Origin: Parcubacteria group bacterium Gr01-1014_30
GTDB taxonomy: Bacteria; Patescibacteriota; Minisyncoccia; Minisyncoccales; 2-12-FULL-40-12
Reading direction: 5' to 3'
Length of the DNA: 50,692 nt
Assembly (NCBI GenBank): GCA_007376185.1
Contig: VMFS01000008.1
Span: forward strand, 1 to 50,692
Shown: positions 9,416-18,772 of the stretch, one piece after another
Numbering within the stretch: the first letter of the stretch is position 1
How the letters are laid out: each line of letters opens with the position of its first letter
Notes under the pieces: generated by a model
Database searches by the model: none
What the model was told of the DNA's origin: nothing
The model's input: the letters and a program-made list of their open reading frames with translations, nothing else
Program-made: the position numbers and the translations under genes

Positions 9416-10390
9416 TTAGAACGCCATTACCTTCTCTACCGCTACTATAATCTTTTCTTTATCCGGAATGTAGTAGTTTTCCAAGCGCGCAAGGGGCATT
9501 GCAGTGTTGGGCCCCGCAACTCTCAAAACAGGAGCTTTCAGGTTCAAAATCGCTTCTTCTTGAATCACGGCAGCCAACTCTGAGCCGAAACCGCAGGTTT
9601 TGGGCGCCTCCTGAACTATAACACATCTGCCGGTTTTTTTGACAGAACGCAAAATCGTTTCTTTGTCCAGAGGCGCCAAGCTCAACAAATCAATAATTTC
9701 AATTGAGTATTTGTCAACCAAGTCCTCGGCAGCAGACAGAACAACTCTTTGAAGAGCCCCCCACGCAATTATTGTAACGTCTTTACCCTCTTGCACAAGG
9801 TCTGCCTTACAAAGGGGTAAGGCGTAAGGCTCCTCGGGCACTTCTTCTTTTATTGCTCTGTAAACTTTTTTTGGCTCCAAAAATATAACGGGGCTTGTCT
9901 CGCGCAAAGCGGAAACCAGCAAGCCCTTGGCGTTATACGGGCGCGAGGGGGCTAAAACCTTCAAGCCCGGAATGTAGCAGAAAAATGTTTCCAATGATTC
10001 TGAATGGTGCTCGTAGGCCTTAATTCCTCCTCCATGCGGCACTCTTAAAACTAAGGGACACGAATACTTGCCTTGACTCCTCCTTTTTATGCGAGCGGCG
10101 TGATTGTAAAGCTGGTCCAGCATTGGCAGGGAAAATCCGTCAAACTGAACTTCTGGAACCGGTCGAAGGCCGGCAACCGCTAAGCCAATAGAAACTCCCA
10201 TAATTCCGACTTCCGCCAAAGGAGTGTCAATAACTCTTTCTTGGCCAAACTTTTGCCATAGGCCTTCTGTCACGCGGAAAACCCCGCCGTTTTTCCCAAC
10301 GTCTTCGCCCAACAAAATAATTTTCGGGTCTCTTGCCATTTCCTGCTCAAGAGTGGTTCTAATTGCTTCTACGAGATTTAGTATGGGCAT
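9416..10390 (-). CDS. pdhB: Pyruvate/2-oxoacid dehydrogenase E1 beta subunit
   Basis: GEDVGKNGGVFRVT, DTPLAE, EHHSES. Confidence 0.92.
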   Translation of the reverse strand: MPILNLVEAIRTTLEQEMARDPKIILLGEDVGKNGGVFRVTEGLWQKFGQERVIDTPLAEVGIMGVSIGLAVAGLRPVPEVQFDGFSLPMLDQLYNHAARIKRRSQGKYSCPLVLRVPHGGGIKAYEHHSESLETFFCYIPGLKVLAPSRPYNAKGLLVSALRETSPVIFLEPKKVYRAIKEEVPEEPYALPLCKADLVQEGKDVTIIAWGALQRVVLSAAEDLVDKYSIEIIDLLSLAPLDKETILRSVKKTGRCVIVQEAPKTCGFGSELAAVIQEEAILNLKAPVLRVAGPNTAMPLARLENYYIPDKEKIIVAVEKVMAF

Positions 10391-10394
10391 AGGT

Positions 10395-10640
10395 TTAAAC
10401 TCGAAATTCGAATATCGAAATTCGAAACAATATCTAAATTCTAATTTCCGAAATTAAAAACATGATTAGAATTTCGCTGAGGGCTTCGCCCTCCTCTCAC
10501 GCCTCGTTCAGCTTTGCTAAACTTCGGCTTTAGAATTTTGGTCATTGGGATTTGTTTCGGATTTCGTGCTTCGTGCGCCGAGTTTCGCGAAGCGGAACGA
10601 GGCGGGAAAGGAGACGAAGTCTCAGCGACCTTCGGATTTT
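10395..10640. repeat. Composite repeat: heptamer hairpin element with two nested inverted copies of a second repeat
   Basis: Arms match the 16S V1 and rnhB inserts; 10475-10529 and about 10576-10627 are reverse-complement homologs. Confidence 0.75.
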
Positions 10641-11619
10641 ATGGAATATATTTAAACATATCTTCCGCTTTTGGCAGGGGAGTTGCCTCAAACTCTGCCA
10701 CCTCTTCTTTCACTTTCTGTTGGGCAGAATCAAAAATTTCTTTTTCTTCTTTTTTGGAAAGCAGCTTCTCTTTTTTCATATATTTTGCGAGGCGCAATAA
10801 AGGATCTTTTCTCTTCCAGGAGTCAACTTCTTTTTGGCTCCTGTATCTTTTCCAGTCGTCGGCCGTGGTGTGGCTTTCTAAGCGATAAGTGTAGCACTCA
10901 ATAAAAGTGGGACCTCCTCCTTTGCGGGCTTTGTCACAGGCGTCCTTGGTCGCCTTGTAAACGGCCAAGGCGTCGTTGCCGTCAACCAAAACTCCTTCAA
11001 TGCCGCAGGCCTCGGCTTTTTTGACAAAACTTTCAGAAGCCGTCTGGCGAGATGTCGGTACCGAAATAGCCCACTGGTTATTTTGGCAAATGAAAATGCA
11101 GGGAACTTTAAAGACCCCCGCGAAATTTATTCCTTCATGAAAGTCGCCCTTGCTCGTAGAACCCTCGCCAAAGTAAACAGCGCAGACAGATTTTCTTTTT
11201 TGCAGTTTTTGCGCCCAAGCGATACCAACGGCATGAGGAATATGGGAACCTATAGGGATGGTCGGGGGCAGAGCTTGAATTTCTTTTGGAATTTCCATGC
11301 CTCTTTCATCGCCAGCATAGTACAGGTACAGTCCTTTCAAAGGAAATCCTCTGGCAAGCAATACGCCGTGGTCTCGGTAAGTTGGCACAAACCAGTCGTC
11401 ATTCTCGAAAACGACCGAGGAGGCAACCTGACTGGCTTCTTGACCCAAAAGGGATGCAAAGGTTAGCATTCTCCCTTCTCTTTGAAGTTTCAAGGCAATA
11501 TCGTCAAAAACGCGGCTCAAAACCATGAGCTCATAAATTCTTTTGAGTTCTTTTGCAGCGATTTTAGGCAGCCCTTTTTTATTTACGATTTTCCCTTCCG
11601 AGGAGAGAAACTGCAGCAT
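10639..11619 (-). CDS. pdhA: Pyruvate/2-oxoacid dehydrogenase E1 alpha subunit
   Basis: GQEASQV, PTYRDHG, ThDP motif variant GEGSTSKG...QNNQWAIS, TYRLESHTTADD. Confidence 0.92.
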   Translation of the reverse strand: MLQFLSSEGKIVNKKGLPKIAAKELKRIYELMVLSRVFDDIALKLQREGRMLTFASLLGQEASQVASSVVFENDDWFVPTYRDHGVLLARGFPLKGLYLYYAGDERGMEIPKEIQALPPTIPIGSHIPHAVGIAWAQKLQKRKSVCAVYFGEGSTSKGDFHEGINFAGVFKVPCIFICQNNQWAISVPTSRQTASESFVKKAEACGIEGVLVDGNDALAVYKATKDACDKARKGGGPTFIECYTYRLESHTTADDWKRYRSQKEVDSWKRKDPLLRLAKYMKKEKLLSKKEEKEIFDSAQQKVKEEVAEFEATPLPKAEDMFKYIP

Positions 11620-11666
11620 TGTATGATTATAACAATAAACAATAAAGGTCTCAACAAAGAGACCTT

Positions 11667-12542
11667 CTAAGAAATTGTGGATTCCAGGTAAGTACTGGGC
11701 TTAACTTCCGCCAGGAAGTCGGCAATCTCAGGAACAATGCACCTGCCGTTCAAGTAAAAATAGCAAACGCCCCGCGAAGTGTAATGGGGCTGATCTTGGA
11801 GTGGTTCAGCCGCAAGCTCTGCTGCGCGTCGGTGAACCTCCACATCTTCCTCTGGCGCCAAGCTGTCGTTGTAAACTTCGCAGCCGTAACTCGTTGCAAT
11901 CGCCCCAGCCAGAAACGCCTTAACCAATTTAGGATAAGACTCTCTGAAGTGTTTAATACAGGCCAGAGAGCGTTTGGCCGGTTCAAAGAACTCTTTCAAG
12001 CTCCGGCCGTTTGTACGCAATACTGCAAGCATTTCTTGTAAACCGCTAGTGGGCAAGTCGTAACGAATGCTCGCTTCAACAGCTACGACCTCCCGCTTTA
12101 TAACTTGGCCGGAATTTCCCAAAGTTTTTAATCTGTCAGAATCCACGACCAAATTATCCGGCTTGTAAAAAACAGCCGGAATCCCTAACTGTCTCAAGGC
12201 TTTGGCAGAGGCCTCACAAATTTGCCTTCTCAAATCGTCCAGCTTTGTCGGAAAATGCGAACGCGGTCCGGCAAGCGTGAAAACAATGTAACTATCGTCC
12301 AGATACACTGCTTGGCCGCCCGAGAGCCGACGCATTACTCCAATGCCCCTCTTTTGGCACTCGGCCAAGTCAACGTCTAGGGCTATATTCTGGGAACGAC
12401 CCACCAAAACAGAGGGAAACCATCTGGTAAAAGCTAGGGTAAATTCTCCTTGAGCCGCCTTTTCAAGTAGGAACTTGTCAAGAGCAGTGTTGTACAAAGC
12501 GTTTGCCGGCGGCAAATCCAAAATGCGGCACTTTTTTGCCAT
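11667..12542 (-). CDS. Lipoate-protein ligase A family protein
   Basis: SVLVGRSQ, VMRRLSGGQAVYLD; next to the pdh genes; AAAGGAGGTGA just upstream of ATG 12542. Confidence 0.8.
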   Translation of the reverse strand: MAKKCRILDLPPANALYNTALDKFLLEKAAQGEFTLAFTRWFPSVLVGRSQNIALDVDLAECQKRGIGVMRRLSGGQAVYLDDSYIVFTLAGPRSHFPTKLDDLRRQICEASAKALRQLGIPAVFYKPDNLVVDSDRLKTLGNSGQVIKREVVAVEASIRYDLPTSGLQEMLAVLRTNGRSLKEFFEPAKRSLACIKHFRESYPKLVKAFLAGAIATSYGCEVYNDSLAPEEDVEVHRRAAELAAEPLQDQPHYTSRGVCYFYLNGRCIVPEIADFLAEVKPSTYLESTIS

Positions 12543-12557
12543 ATTCACCTCCTTTCT

Positions 12558-12824
12558 TTACTGGCCTTTAGCCCACTCCTTAAACTTTTCGTAAGAAGTT
12601 GAACCGCAAATCCACTTGTTTGCTTTTTTGTTGTAAAAGAACGGAACTCCACCGCAATAACCTTTATCAAGTTCTCGCATTATATTCAAGTTGTCAGTAT
12701 TGTGCCAAACCTCCAATCTTTCAATTTTTAAACCCTCCTCTTTTTCCAGTTTTTCAATTAAGGGCTCCATTTCTCTGCAGTGGACGCATTCCGTCCCGTA
12801 AAACTCAATTAAATCTTGTGGCAT
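12558..12824 (-). CDS. Thioredoxin/glutaredoxin-like protein
   Basis: FYGTECVHC active site, GVPFF cis-Pro motif. Confidence 0.85.
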   Translation of the reverse strand: MPQDLIEFYGTECVHCREMEPLIEKLEKEEGLKIERLEVWHNTDNLNIMRELDKGYCGGVPFFYNKKANKWICGSTSYEKFKEWAKGQ

Positions 12825-12865
12825 ATTTATATGGTACCAAAATATTTATAAAATAGCAACGCCCT

Positions 12866-13441
12866 TTAGCTTTGTACTTCTTTAATTAACCTTTCCGTAA
12901 GTGCTTTAGGGAGGCCCGCAACGCTGTCAATATCTCCTTCAACTCTTTCATAGAAATCCGCCTCCTTAAAAGAAGGGTCGTTTATGCAGAACCCTCCGGC
13001 GCAGGTAAGAACAACATTGGAAGCTGCCCACTTGCGGATTTTTTCTTCGGCCAAGGGACGAAAATACACTTTGGCTATATCAACCCCCTCACTTCTTTTT
13101 TTATTGGCGGTGTTCAAAGCCACCACTGCCGTAACGGCTTCAGCCGGATATTTATTGTAGCCACGCAAAAACTCTTCTGCCTCTCTGGCATCGCGTGGTT
13201 TTTCCAGTATTACTCCGTTACAAATAATTACCTGGTCGGCCGTAATCAAAATTGCGTCTTCCCTAATTTTTGGCAAAAGCGCGTCGGCTTTGGCTTTAGC
13301 CAAAGCCAAGGTCAGTTTTTTCGGGTCACCAAAGCGCACTGCCTTTTCGTCAATATCGGCAACCATAACTTTAAATTCATATCCCATTCTCTCCAATATC
13401 TCCTTCCTCCACTTTGATTGAGAACCTAAGATTATTTTCAT
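12866..13441 (-). CDS. maf: Maf family nucleotide pyrophosphatase
   Basis: IILGSQSKWRKEIL, DIDEK, LAKAKA, ITADQV, EKP. Confidence 0.9.
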   Translation of the reverse strand: MKIILGSQSKWRKEILERMGYEFKVMVADIDEKAVRFGDPKKLTLALAKAKADALLPKIREDAILITADQVIICNGVILEKPRDAREAEEFLRGYNKYPAEAVTAVVALNTANKKRSEGVDIAKVYFRPLAEEKIRKWAASNVVLTCAGGFCINDPSFKEADFYERVEGDIDSVAGLPKALTERLIKEVQS

Positions 13442-14163
13442 AACTTTTTTACAAACTCAACGGCGTTTTGGAAAACTTTCAGGCCGGCGCCTGCGGATAT
13501 TTTTTCGCGAGTCCAGCGCGGGTGGTTTTGCGAGTACAAAAAAGCGTCGGGGTGAGGCATAATCCCAAAGATTCTGCCAGTATCATTGCAAACTGCGGCA
13601 ATGTTCAGTTCTGAGCCGTTTGGGTTGGCCGGGTAACCGGCCAACTCCCCTTTCTCGTCAACATACTGCGCCACAATCTGGAGTTTTGCGTCCCCCGAAA
13701 TATACTTTCCCTCTCCGTGGCGCACCGGCAAGTAAAGCCGGTCAATGCCTTTGGTAAAAATGCAGGGAGAGTCCTGATTTATTTTAAGATAAACCCATCT
13801 GTCTTCAAACCTGCCCGAATCGTTGGCAAACAAAGTTCCCGGAAGAACGCCCAATTTCACCAATGCCTGAAATCCGTTGCAAATGCCGATTATTAAACCT
13901 CCTTTTTCAACAAAAGCGGAAAGCTGGTCTTGCAAGTTATATTTAATTTTTACGGCCAGAACTTTTCCCGCGCCCAAGTCGTCTCCAAAAGAAAAGCCCC
14001 CGGGCAGAGCCAAAATTTGATAGTCCGTCAGCTTTTTCTCACCACTAATCAACTGATTTAGGTGGACTCTTTCGGTTTTAGCTCCTGTCAAGTCAAAACC
14101 ATGTTGCACCTCCTCGTCGCAGTTGATTCCATATCCGTATAAAATTAAAGCTTTGGGCGTCAT
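13438..14163 (-). CDS. purQ: FGAM synthase glutaminase subunit
   Basis: GINCD, PGGFSFGDDLGAG, GICNGFQ, HGEG, GIMPHPD. Confidence 0.93.
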   Translation of the reverse strand: MTPKALILYGYGINCDEEVQHGFDLTGAKTERVHLNQLISGEKKLTDYQILALPGGFSFGDDLGAGKVLAVKIKYNLQDQLSAFVEKGGLIIGICNGFQALVKLGVLPGTLFANDSGRFEDRWVYLKINQDSPCIFTKGIDRLYLPVRHGEGKYISGDAKLQIVAQYVDEKGELAGYPANPNGSELNIAAVCNDTGRIFGIMPHPDAFLYSQNHPRWTREKISAGAGLKVFQNAVEFVKKL

Positions 14164-14180
14164 AAATAATCTGTTAGGGC

Positions 14181-17120
14181 TTATGCTAAGCCCGGCTTAG
14201 CACAACCTTGTTTAAAAGTTTTTTGCCAGGTTTCTTTTAAGTTATGCAGGATTTCCTGAATTATCACTTTTCCTTTGTAAGTAATTTTTAGAGTTTCGTT
14301 TTCTTTAACCTCGCCGATTTTCTGAAAAACACTTCCTTTCAAAGAGGCTTCAAACTTTTTAACGTTTTCCGGAGAAACCGTTAACAAAAATCTGCCTGCC
14401 GATTCCGAGTACAAAATCTTATCCGTTCTTTCCAAGTTGTCATTCGGAACTTTGTCCAAATCAACTTCCAAACCATAGCCGCCAGCAAACGCAATTTGCG
14501 CCAAGCCCACTGCCAAGCCGCCTTTGTAAAGGCCGTGGGCTGACTTGACATAACCCTTTTCAATCGCCTGCGATAATCCGTTGTATAGTTTGATAAAATT
14601 TCCCGCGTCAACTTTCGGAACGTTCAACCCTAACTCACCCCTCATTTCGTAATATTCAGAACCGCCGAGCTCGTCTCTGGTTTCTCCCAAAACATACAAA
14701 AAATCCCCGGGTGTTTTCACGTCCATTGTTACACATTTCTCAACATTGTCTATTTTTCCCACGGCCGTGAATTGCAGCGTGGGAAGGGCGGAGAGCCGCT
14801 GTTCTGTGCCTTGAGCGTCTTTCAAGGTTCCGTCCATTGACATTGAGTCCTTGCCCGAAACGCAAGGCGTCTTGAAAGTCAGAGTGAAATCGTAAAGCGC
14901 CTGGTTAGCTCTTACGAGTTGGGCAAGTTTGTATTTGGCGTTTTGGTTTTGATGCGAGGGAAGGGGACTGGGCCAGCAAAAATTGTCGTTGAGGGCTATT
15001 TGTTTTAAACTTCCGCCCACGGCAATGATTCTTCTTATTGCTTCGTCAAGCGCCAGAGCTGCCATCCAGTAAGTGTCAATTTTGCCGTAAATGGGGTTGA
15101 TTCCGACAGACACGGCAATGCCTTCTTTGGATTCAAAAGAGGGCCTCAAGACCGCGGCGTCAGAAAAAACATCGCTGTCTTTGCCCACCAAATGTTTGAC
15201 AACGCTTTTGCCCTGAACCTCATGGTCAAACTGCCGCACGATAAACTCCTTACTTGCAATGTTGATGCGACCGAGCACTTCTACAAGCGCCTTGCCGTAA
15301 TCAGAAGGTTCTTGAAGGTTTGGTTCAGAAAGTCCTCTTTGCTCTGGACTCAGCCACTCGGCTTCCAATTCCATTTGCGGAACTCCGTTGTGTAAAAAAT
15401 CCATGTCCAGGTCAGTCACGGTTTTGTCTTTATAAACGCAGTGAAACTTTCTAGAGTCAGTAAATTTTCCGACAACAGTCGCTTCAACATCGTGTTTTTT
15501 GGCGAGCTTCAGTAGTTCTTCAATTTTTGATGGCTCAACGGCTGAAGTCATTCTTTCTTGGGATTCTGAAACGAGAATCTGCCAAGGGTCAAGCCCGGAG
15601 TACTTTAGAGACACTTTATCCAGCCATAGTTCAAAACCGCCTGAAAATTTCGCCATTTCCCCGACGGAAGAAGACAGGCCCCCGGCGCCGTTGTCTGTTA
15701 TGCACTTTAAAAGTCCGAAGTCGCGAGCTTCCATCAAAAAATCGTACAGTTTTTTTTGCGTGAAAGGGTCACCAATCTGAACATGCGAGGAAGATATTTG
15801 TTCCCCCGACTCCATTGACGACTCCGTTGCCCCGTGAATGCCGTCAATGCCAACCCTACCGCCTGCCATGAGGATCAAGTCGCCCGGGTCTGCCCTTTTT
15901 TGGTGGCTTGGCTTCCCTTTTATTTTTAATGGAATCAAGCCGCCAGCAGACACGAAAATTGCGGGCTTTGCCATGTATCCTTCGTCAAAAAAAGTTATTC
16001 CGTAGACGGTTGGCACTCCGCTTTTGTTGCCGCCCGACTCAACACCCTTTCTAACGCCTTCCAGTAAGCGCTTAGGGTGTATCTTGGGTTTCAATTCGCC
16101 AGAATAAAAGGGATTTCCAGTGCAAAAACCGTAAGTTCCAAAAATTAAATTGCACCCAAGTCCCGCTCCCATAATGTCTCTGTAAACTCCCACAATGCCG
16201 GTTTCAGCACCCCCAAATGGCTCCTCTGCTGAAGGACTGTTGTGTGTTTCGCATTTTACAGCCAAGAGCAAGTCCTTGTTAAAACGCACCAGGCCCGCAT
16301 TGTCCCACAAAACCGAAACAACCCAAGACAGTTGTTTTGCGAGCTGTTTTGTTGAGCTCTTGATAAAAGTGTCAAACAGGCCATCTATTTCTTGAATTTT
16401 TTCTCCATCGTTATATTTTATTTTTGCGTTAAAAATTTTGTGCTTGCAGTGTTCAGACCACGTTTGCGCCAGGGCTTCAAGTTCTGCATCAGTTGCCTTT
16501 CTACTGCCGAAGTATTCTTTGATTTTTTGTATCTCTTGTAGATTCAAAGCCAGCTTTCGGTCGCTACTTATTTTTAGAAGCTGGTCGTCTGTAACGTTTA
16601 GGTTAATCGTTTCAACTCTTGGTTCATGGTGAATCTTAACTCTTGGGACCGGTAAAACGGAACCAACAGACCAGCGTTGAATTAGTTCATTTGCCAAAAG
16701 TTTTTTGGTGATTGTTTCAAGATTTTTTTCGTTTAGCCCTTCGCCAACAATGAGATATTTTTTTGAAGTATAGACACTTTTATCTTCCGAAAGTTTTATT
16801 TTCAAAATGTCTTCTATCGCTTCCTTGGCTCTTTGACCCACGTTGTCGGTTACTCCGGGCTTAAAACCAACTTCCAGATAAGTGTAGGAGTCATCAGATA
16901 AAGGTTTATCAATGCTGAATTCTTGAACCAAAGGGTTAGAAAAAAGATTTTCTCCGAGAAATTTAAGATCGGCTTGAGGTAAGTCAAAATCCAAAGTATA
17001 AACGTCAAGCGCACTCACTTTTTTTACAGTGTATTTTAGCTCATCTAAAATTTGCCGGGCCAATTTTTCCCCGGCAACGTCTCTGAAGTTTGGTTTTAAG
17101 TAAACTTCAATGCGATGCAT
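14181..17120 (-). CDS. purL: FGAM synthase large subunit with N-terminal PurS-like extension
   Basis: QTWSEHCKHK, ETHNSPS, DNGAGGLSS, SESQERM, SGKDSM. Confidence 0.95.
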   Translation of the reverse strand: MHRIEVYLKPNFRDVAGEKLARQILDELKYTVKKVSALDVYTLDFDLPQADLKFLGENLFSNPLVQEFSIDKPLSDDSYTYLEVGFKPGVTDNVGQRAKEAIEDILKIKLSEDKSVYTSKKYLIVGEGLNEKNLETITKKLLANELIQRWSVGSVLPVPRVKIHHEPRVETINLNVTDDQLLKISSDRKLALNLQEIQKIKEYFGSRKATDAELEALAQTWSEHCKHKIFNAKIKYNDGEKIQEIDGLFDTFIKSSTKQLAKQLSWVVSVLWDNAGLVRFNKDLLLAVKCETHNSPSAEEPFGGAETGIVGVYRDIMGAGLGCNLIFGTYGFCTGNPFYSGELKPKIHPKRLLEGVRKGVESGGNKSGVPTVYGITFFDEGYMAKPAIFVSAGGLIPLKIKGKPSHQKRADPGDLILMAGGRVGIDGIHGATESSMESGEQISSSHVQIGDPFTQKKLYDFLMEARDFGLLKCITDNGAGGLSSSVGEMAKFSGGFELWLDKVSLKYSGLDPWQILVSESQERMTSAVEPSKIEELLKLAKKHDVEATVVGKFTDSRKFHCVYKDKTVTDLDMDFLHNGVPQMELEAEWLSPEQRGLSEPNLQEPSDYGKALVEVLGRINIASKEFIVRQFDHEVQGKSVVKHLVGKDSDVFSDAAVLRPSFESKEGIAVSVGINPIYGKIDTYWMAALALDEAIRRIIAVGGSLKQIALNDNFCWPSPLPSHQNQNAKYKLAQLVRANQALYDFTLTFKTPCVSGKDSMSMDGTLKDAQGTEQRLSALPTLQFTAVGKIDNVEKCVTMDVKTPGDFLYVLGETRDELGGSEYYEMRGELGLNVPKVDAGNFIKLYNGLSQAIEKGYVKSAHGLYKGGLAVGLAQIAFAGGYGLEVDLDKVPNDNLERTDKILYSESAGRFLLTVSPENVKKFEASLKGSVFQKIGEVKENETLKITYKGKVIIQEILHNLKETWQKTFKQGCAKPGLA

Positions 17121-18117
17121 AAGACATTTTTTTGACAGTTTCTTTCAAGGATAGCTCAGCTCCCATTTTTTCGCCAGTTCGGGCCTGGGCGTCAGCCAAA
17201 TACATTTCGCTTACCAGTTTACGAAAATCCTCGGGCAGGGAGGGAGGTTGGGGGCAAAACTTTTTCCAATCTTTTATTCTTTGCTCCTCGGCTTTTAGTT
17301 TCGCTTCTTCCACTTGTCTTTTCCAACTGCCTTCTCTCAAAAACCAATTTCTGATAAATTGTTTACTGAAATCAACAAACTTGCCTGGCTCAGTTTCCAC
17401 CATAAATCTGTCTTCGTCTAAAGTGCCCACAACGTCAACAACAACAAAATAGCCATTTTGGTCTTTTGCAATTTCTATTTTGCCGTCGTAGTGCAAAAGC
17501 CCAACTTTTTCTGCGTGTTTTGTGACTATTTCTTCAACTTTAAGCGCCAGTTCCTCCAATTTTTCAAATTCTTGCGGAGTAAGCCCTGCCAAAACTTTTG
17601 CTTCTTCTTTAGTCAAAACCCTGTCGGTTTCTTCAAGTTTCGTGGAATAACTTATTTTTGCGCGCGGAAGTTTTTTGTTTGGCTCTGGCATTTCATCATA
17701 GCCCAATTCTTGCCAGGTTCTTTTGCCTTGTTTTATTTTTTTGAGGTCCGAACTTTCAGGATGAGTGTAAACCCTGAAAATTATTTCAATGGGCAAAAGA
17801 TAGTTTCTTGACCCTTGAGGAACTTGCGTGTATGGCTCCGGTACGTTAAACAGAGCAACGTTCATTTGCGTTGGACTTGCCATGCCAAGATAATGCGTTT
17901 TTATCCCCTCTGCCTCTAAAACCTCAAAATGTTTTTTGGCTACAGCCGCCATTGCCAGCCCCTTTTTCTCAATCGGGTCTGCCAAAAATTGCCCCCAGTC
18001 AAAAACCGAAAAATAATCCAAAAACTCAAAAACGCCTTTGCCCGGTTTTTCTTTTGTCGGTTCTACAAAAACAAAAACATTTTTTGCCGACCCCTGATAA
18101 ATTCTGATTGGCTGCAT
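17107..18117 (-). CDS. purC: SAICAR synthetase
   Basis: GSAKNVF, FSVFDWG, YSTKLE, DGKIE, DVVGTLDEDRF, SKQFIR. Confidence 0.9.
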   Translation of the reverse strand: MQPIRIYQGSAKNVFVFVEPTKEKPGKGVFEFLDYFSVFDWGQFLADPIEKKGLAMAAVAKKHFEVLEAEGIKTHYLGMASPTQMNVALFNVPEPYTQVPQGSRNYLLPIEIIFRVYTHPESSDLKKIKQGKRTWQELGYDEMPEPNKKLPRAKISYSTKLEETDRVLTKEEAKVLAGLTPQEFEKLEELALKVEEIVTKHAEKVGLLHYDGKIEIAKDQNGYFVVVDVVGTLDEDRFMVETEPGKFVDFSKQFIRNWFLREGSWKRQVEEAKLKAEEQRIKDWKKFCPQPPSLPEDFRKLVSEMYLADAQARTGEKMGAELSLKETVKKMSYASH

Positions 18118-18136
18118 AAAATTAAACTACTAATTT

Positions 18137-18772
18137 TTATTTCTCTGCCCAAAGACTAATCCATTTAACATCTTTTCTTCTCAATTCGTCGGGAAAAATT
18201 CTTGTGATGATTATACTAAATCCGGCTTTTTTCACAAGTCGCTCAAGTTCACTGCTTGAAAAATAAACAAATAATCGCTTTTCGCCAACTGACAATCTTT
18301 CTGCTTTGTATCTTGCTCCCTTACCTTGTTTAACCCTAATATGTAATTTACCTTTTGATTTTAAAATTTTATAAAATCCTTTTAATGCTTTAGGAATATC
18401 TTTTTTCTTAATGTGCAAGAGAACTGCGTTAGCCCAGACAGCGTCAAAGTAATTACTTGGGAAATTCAGGTTAAACAAGTCCATTTTAATAAACTTAGCT
18501 TGCGGCATATCGCTCCTTGCCTCTCTTAAAAATGAATCCACCAAATCAATCCCAACAACCTTAAAGCCCTTTTGTAAGAATCTTTTGGAGTCCCTGCCGG
18601 TGGCGCAACCAATGTCCAAAACTCTGCCTCCTTTTGGCAAAATCTTAACAAACTCTGGAAATTCTTTCACCTTTATGTTTTTTATCCCCTTGGTATACTT
18701 TGATCCCAGCTTCTCGTATGTTTGTATTGTTCTCTTGTAGATATCTTTCCCCGAGCTTAAAAGTTTTGCCAT
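18137..18772 (-). CDS. Class I SAM-dependent methyltransferase
   Basis: VLDIGCATGRD, FDAVWANAVLLH; AT-richer than its neighbours. Confidence 0.88.
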   Translation of the reverse strand: MAKLLSSGKDIYKRTIQTYEKLGSKYTKGIKNIKVKEFPEFVKILPKGGRVLDIGCATGRDSKRFLQKGFKVVGIDLVDSFLREARSDMPQAKFIKMDLFNLNFPSNYFDAVWANAVLLHIKKKDIPKALKGFYKILKSKGKLHIRVKQGKGARYKAERLSVGEKRLFVYFSSSELERLVKKAGFSIIITRIFPDELRRKDVKWISLWAEK

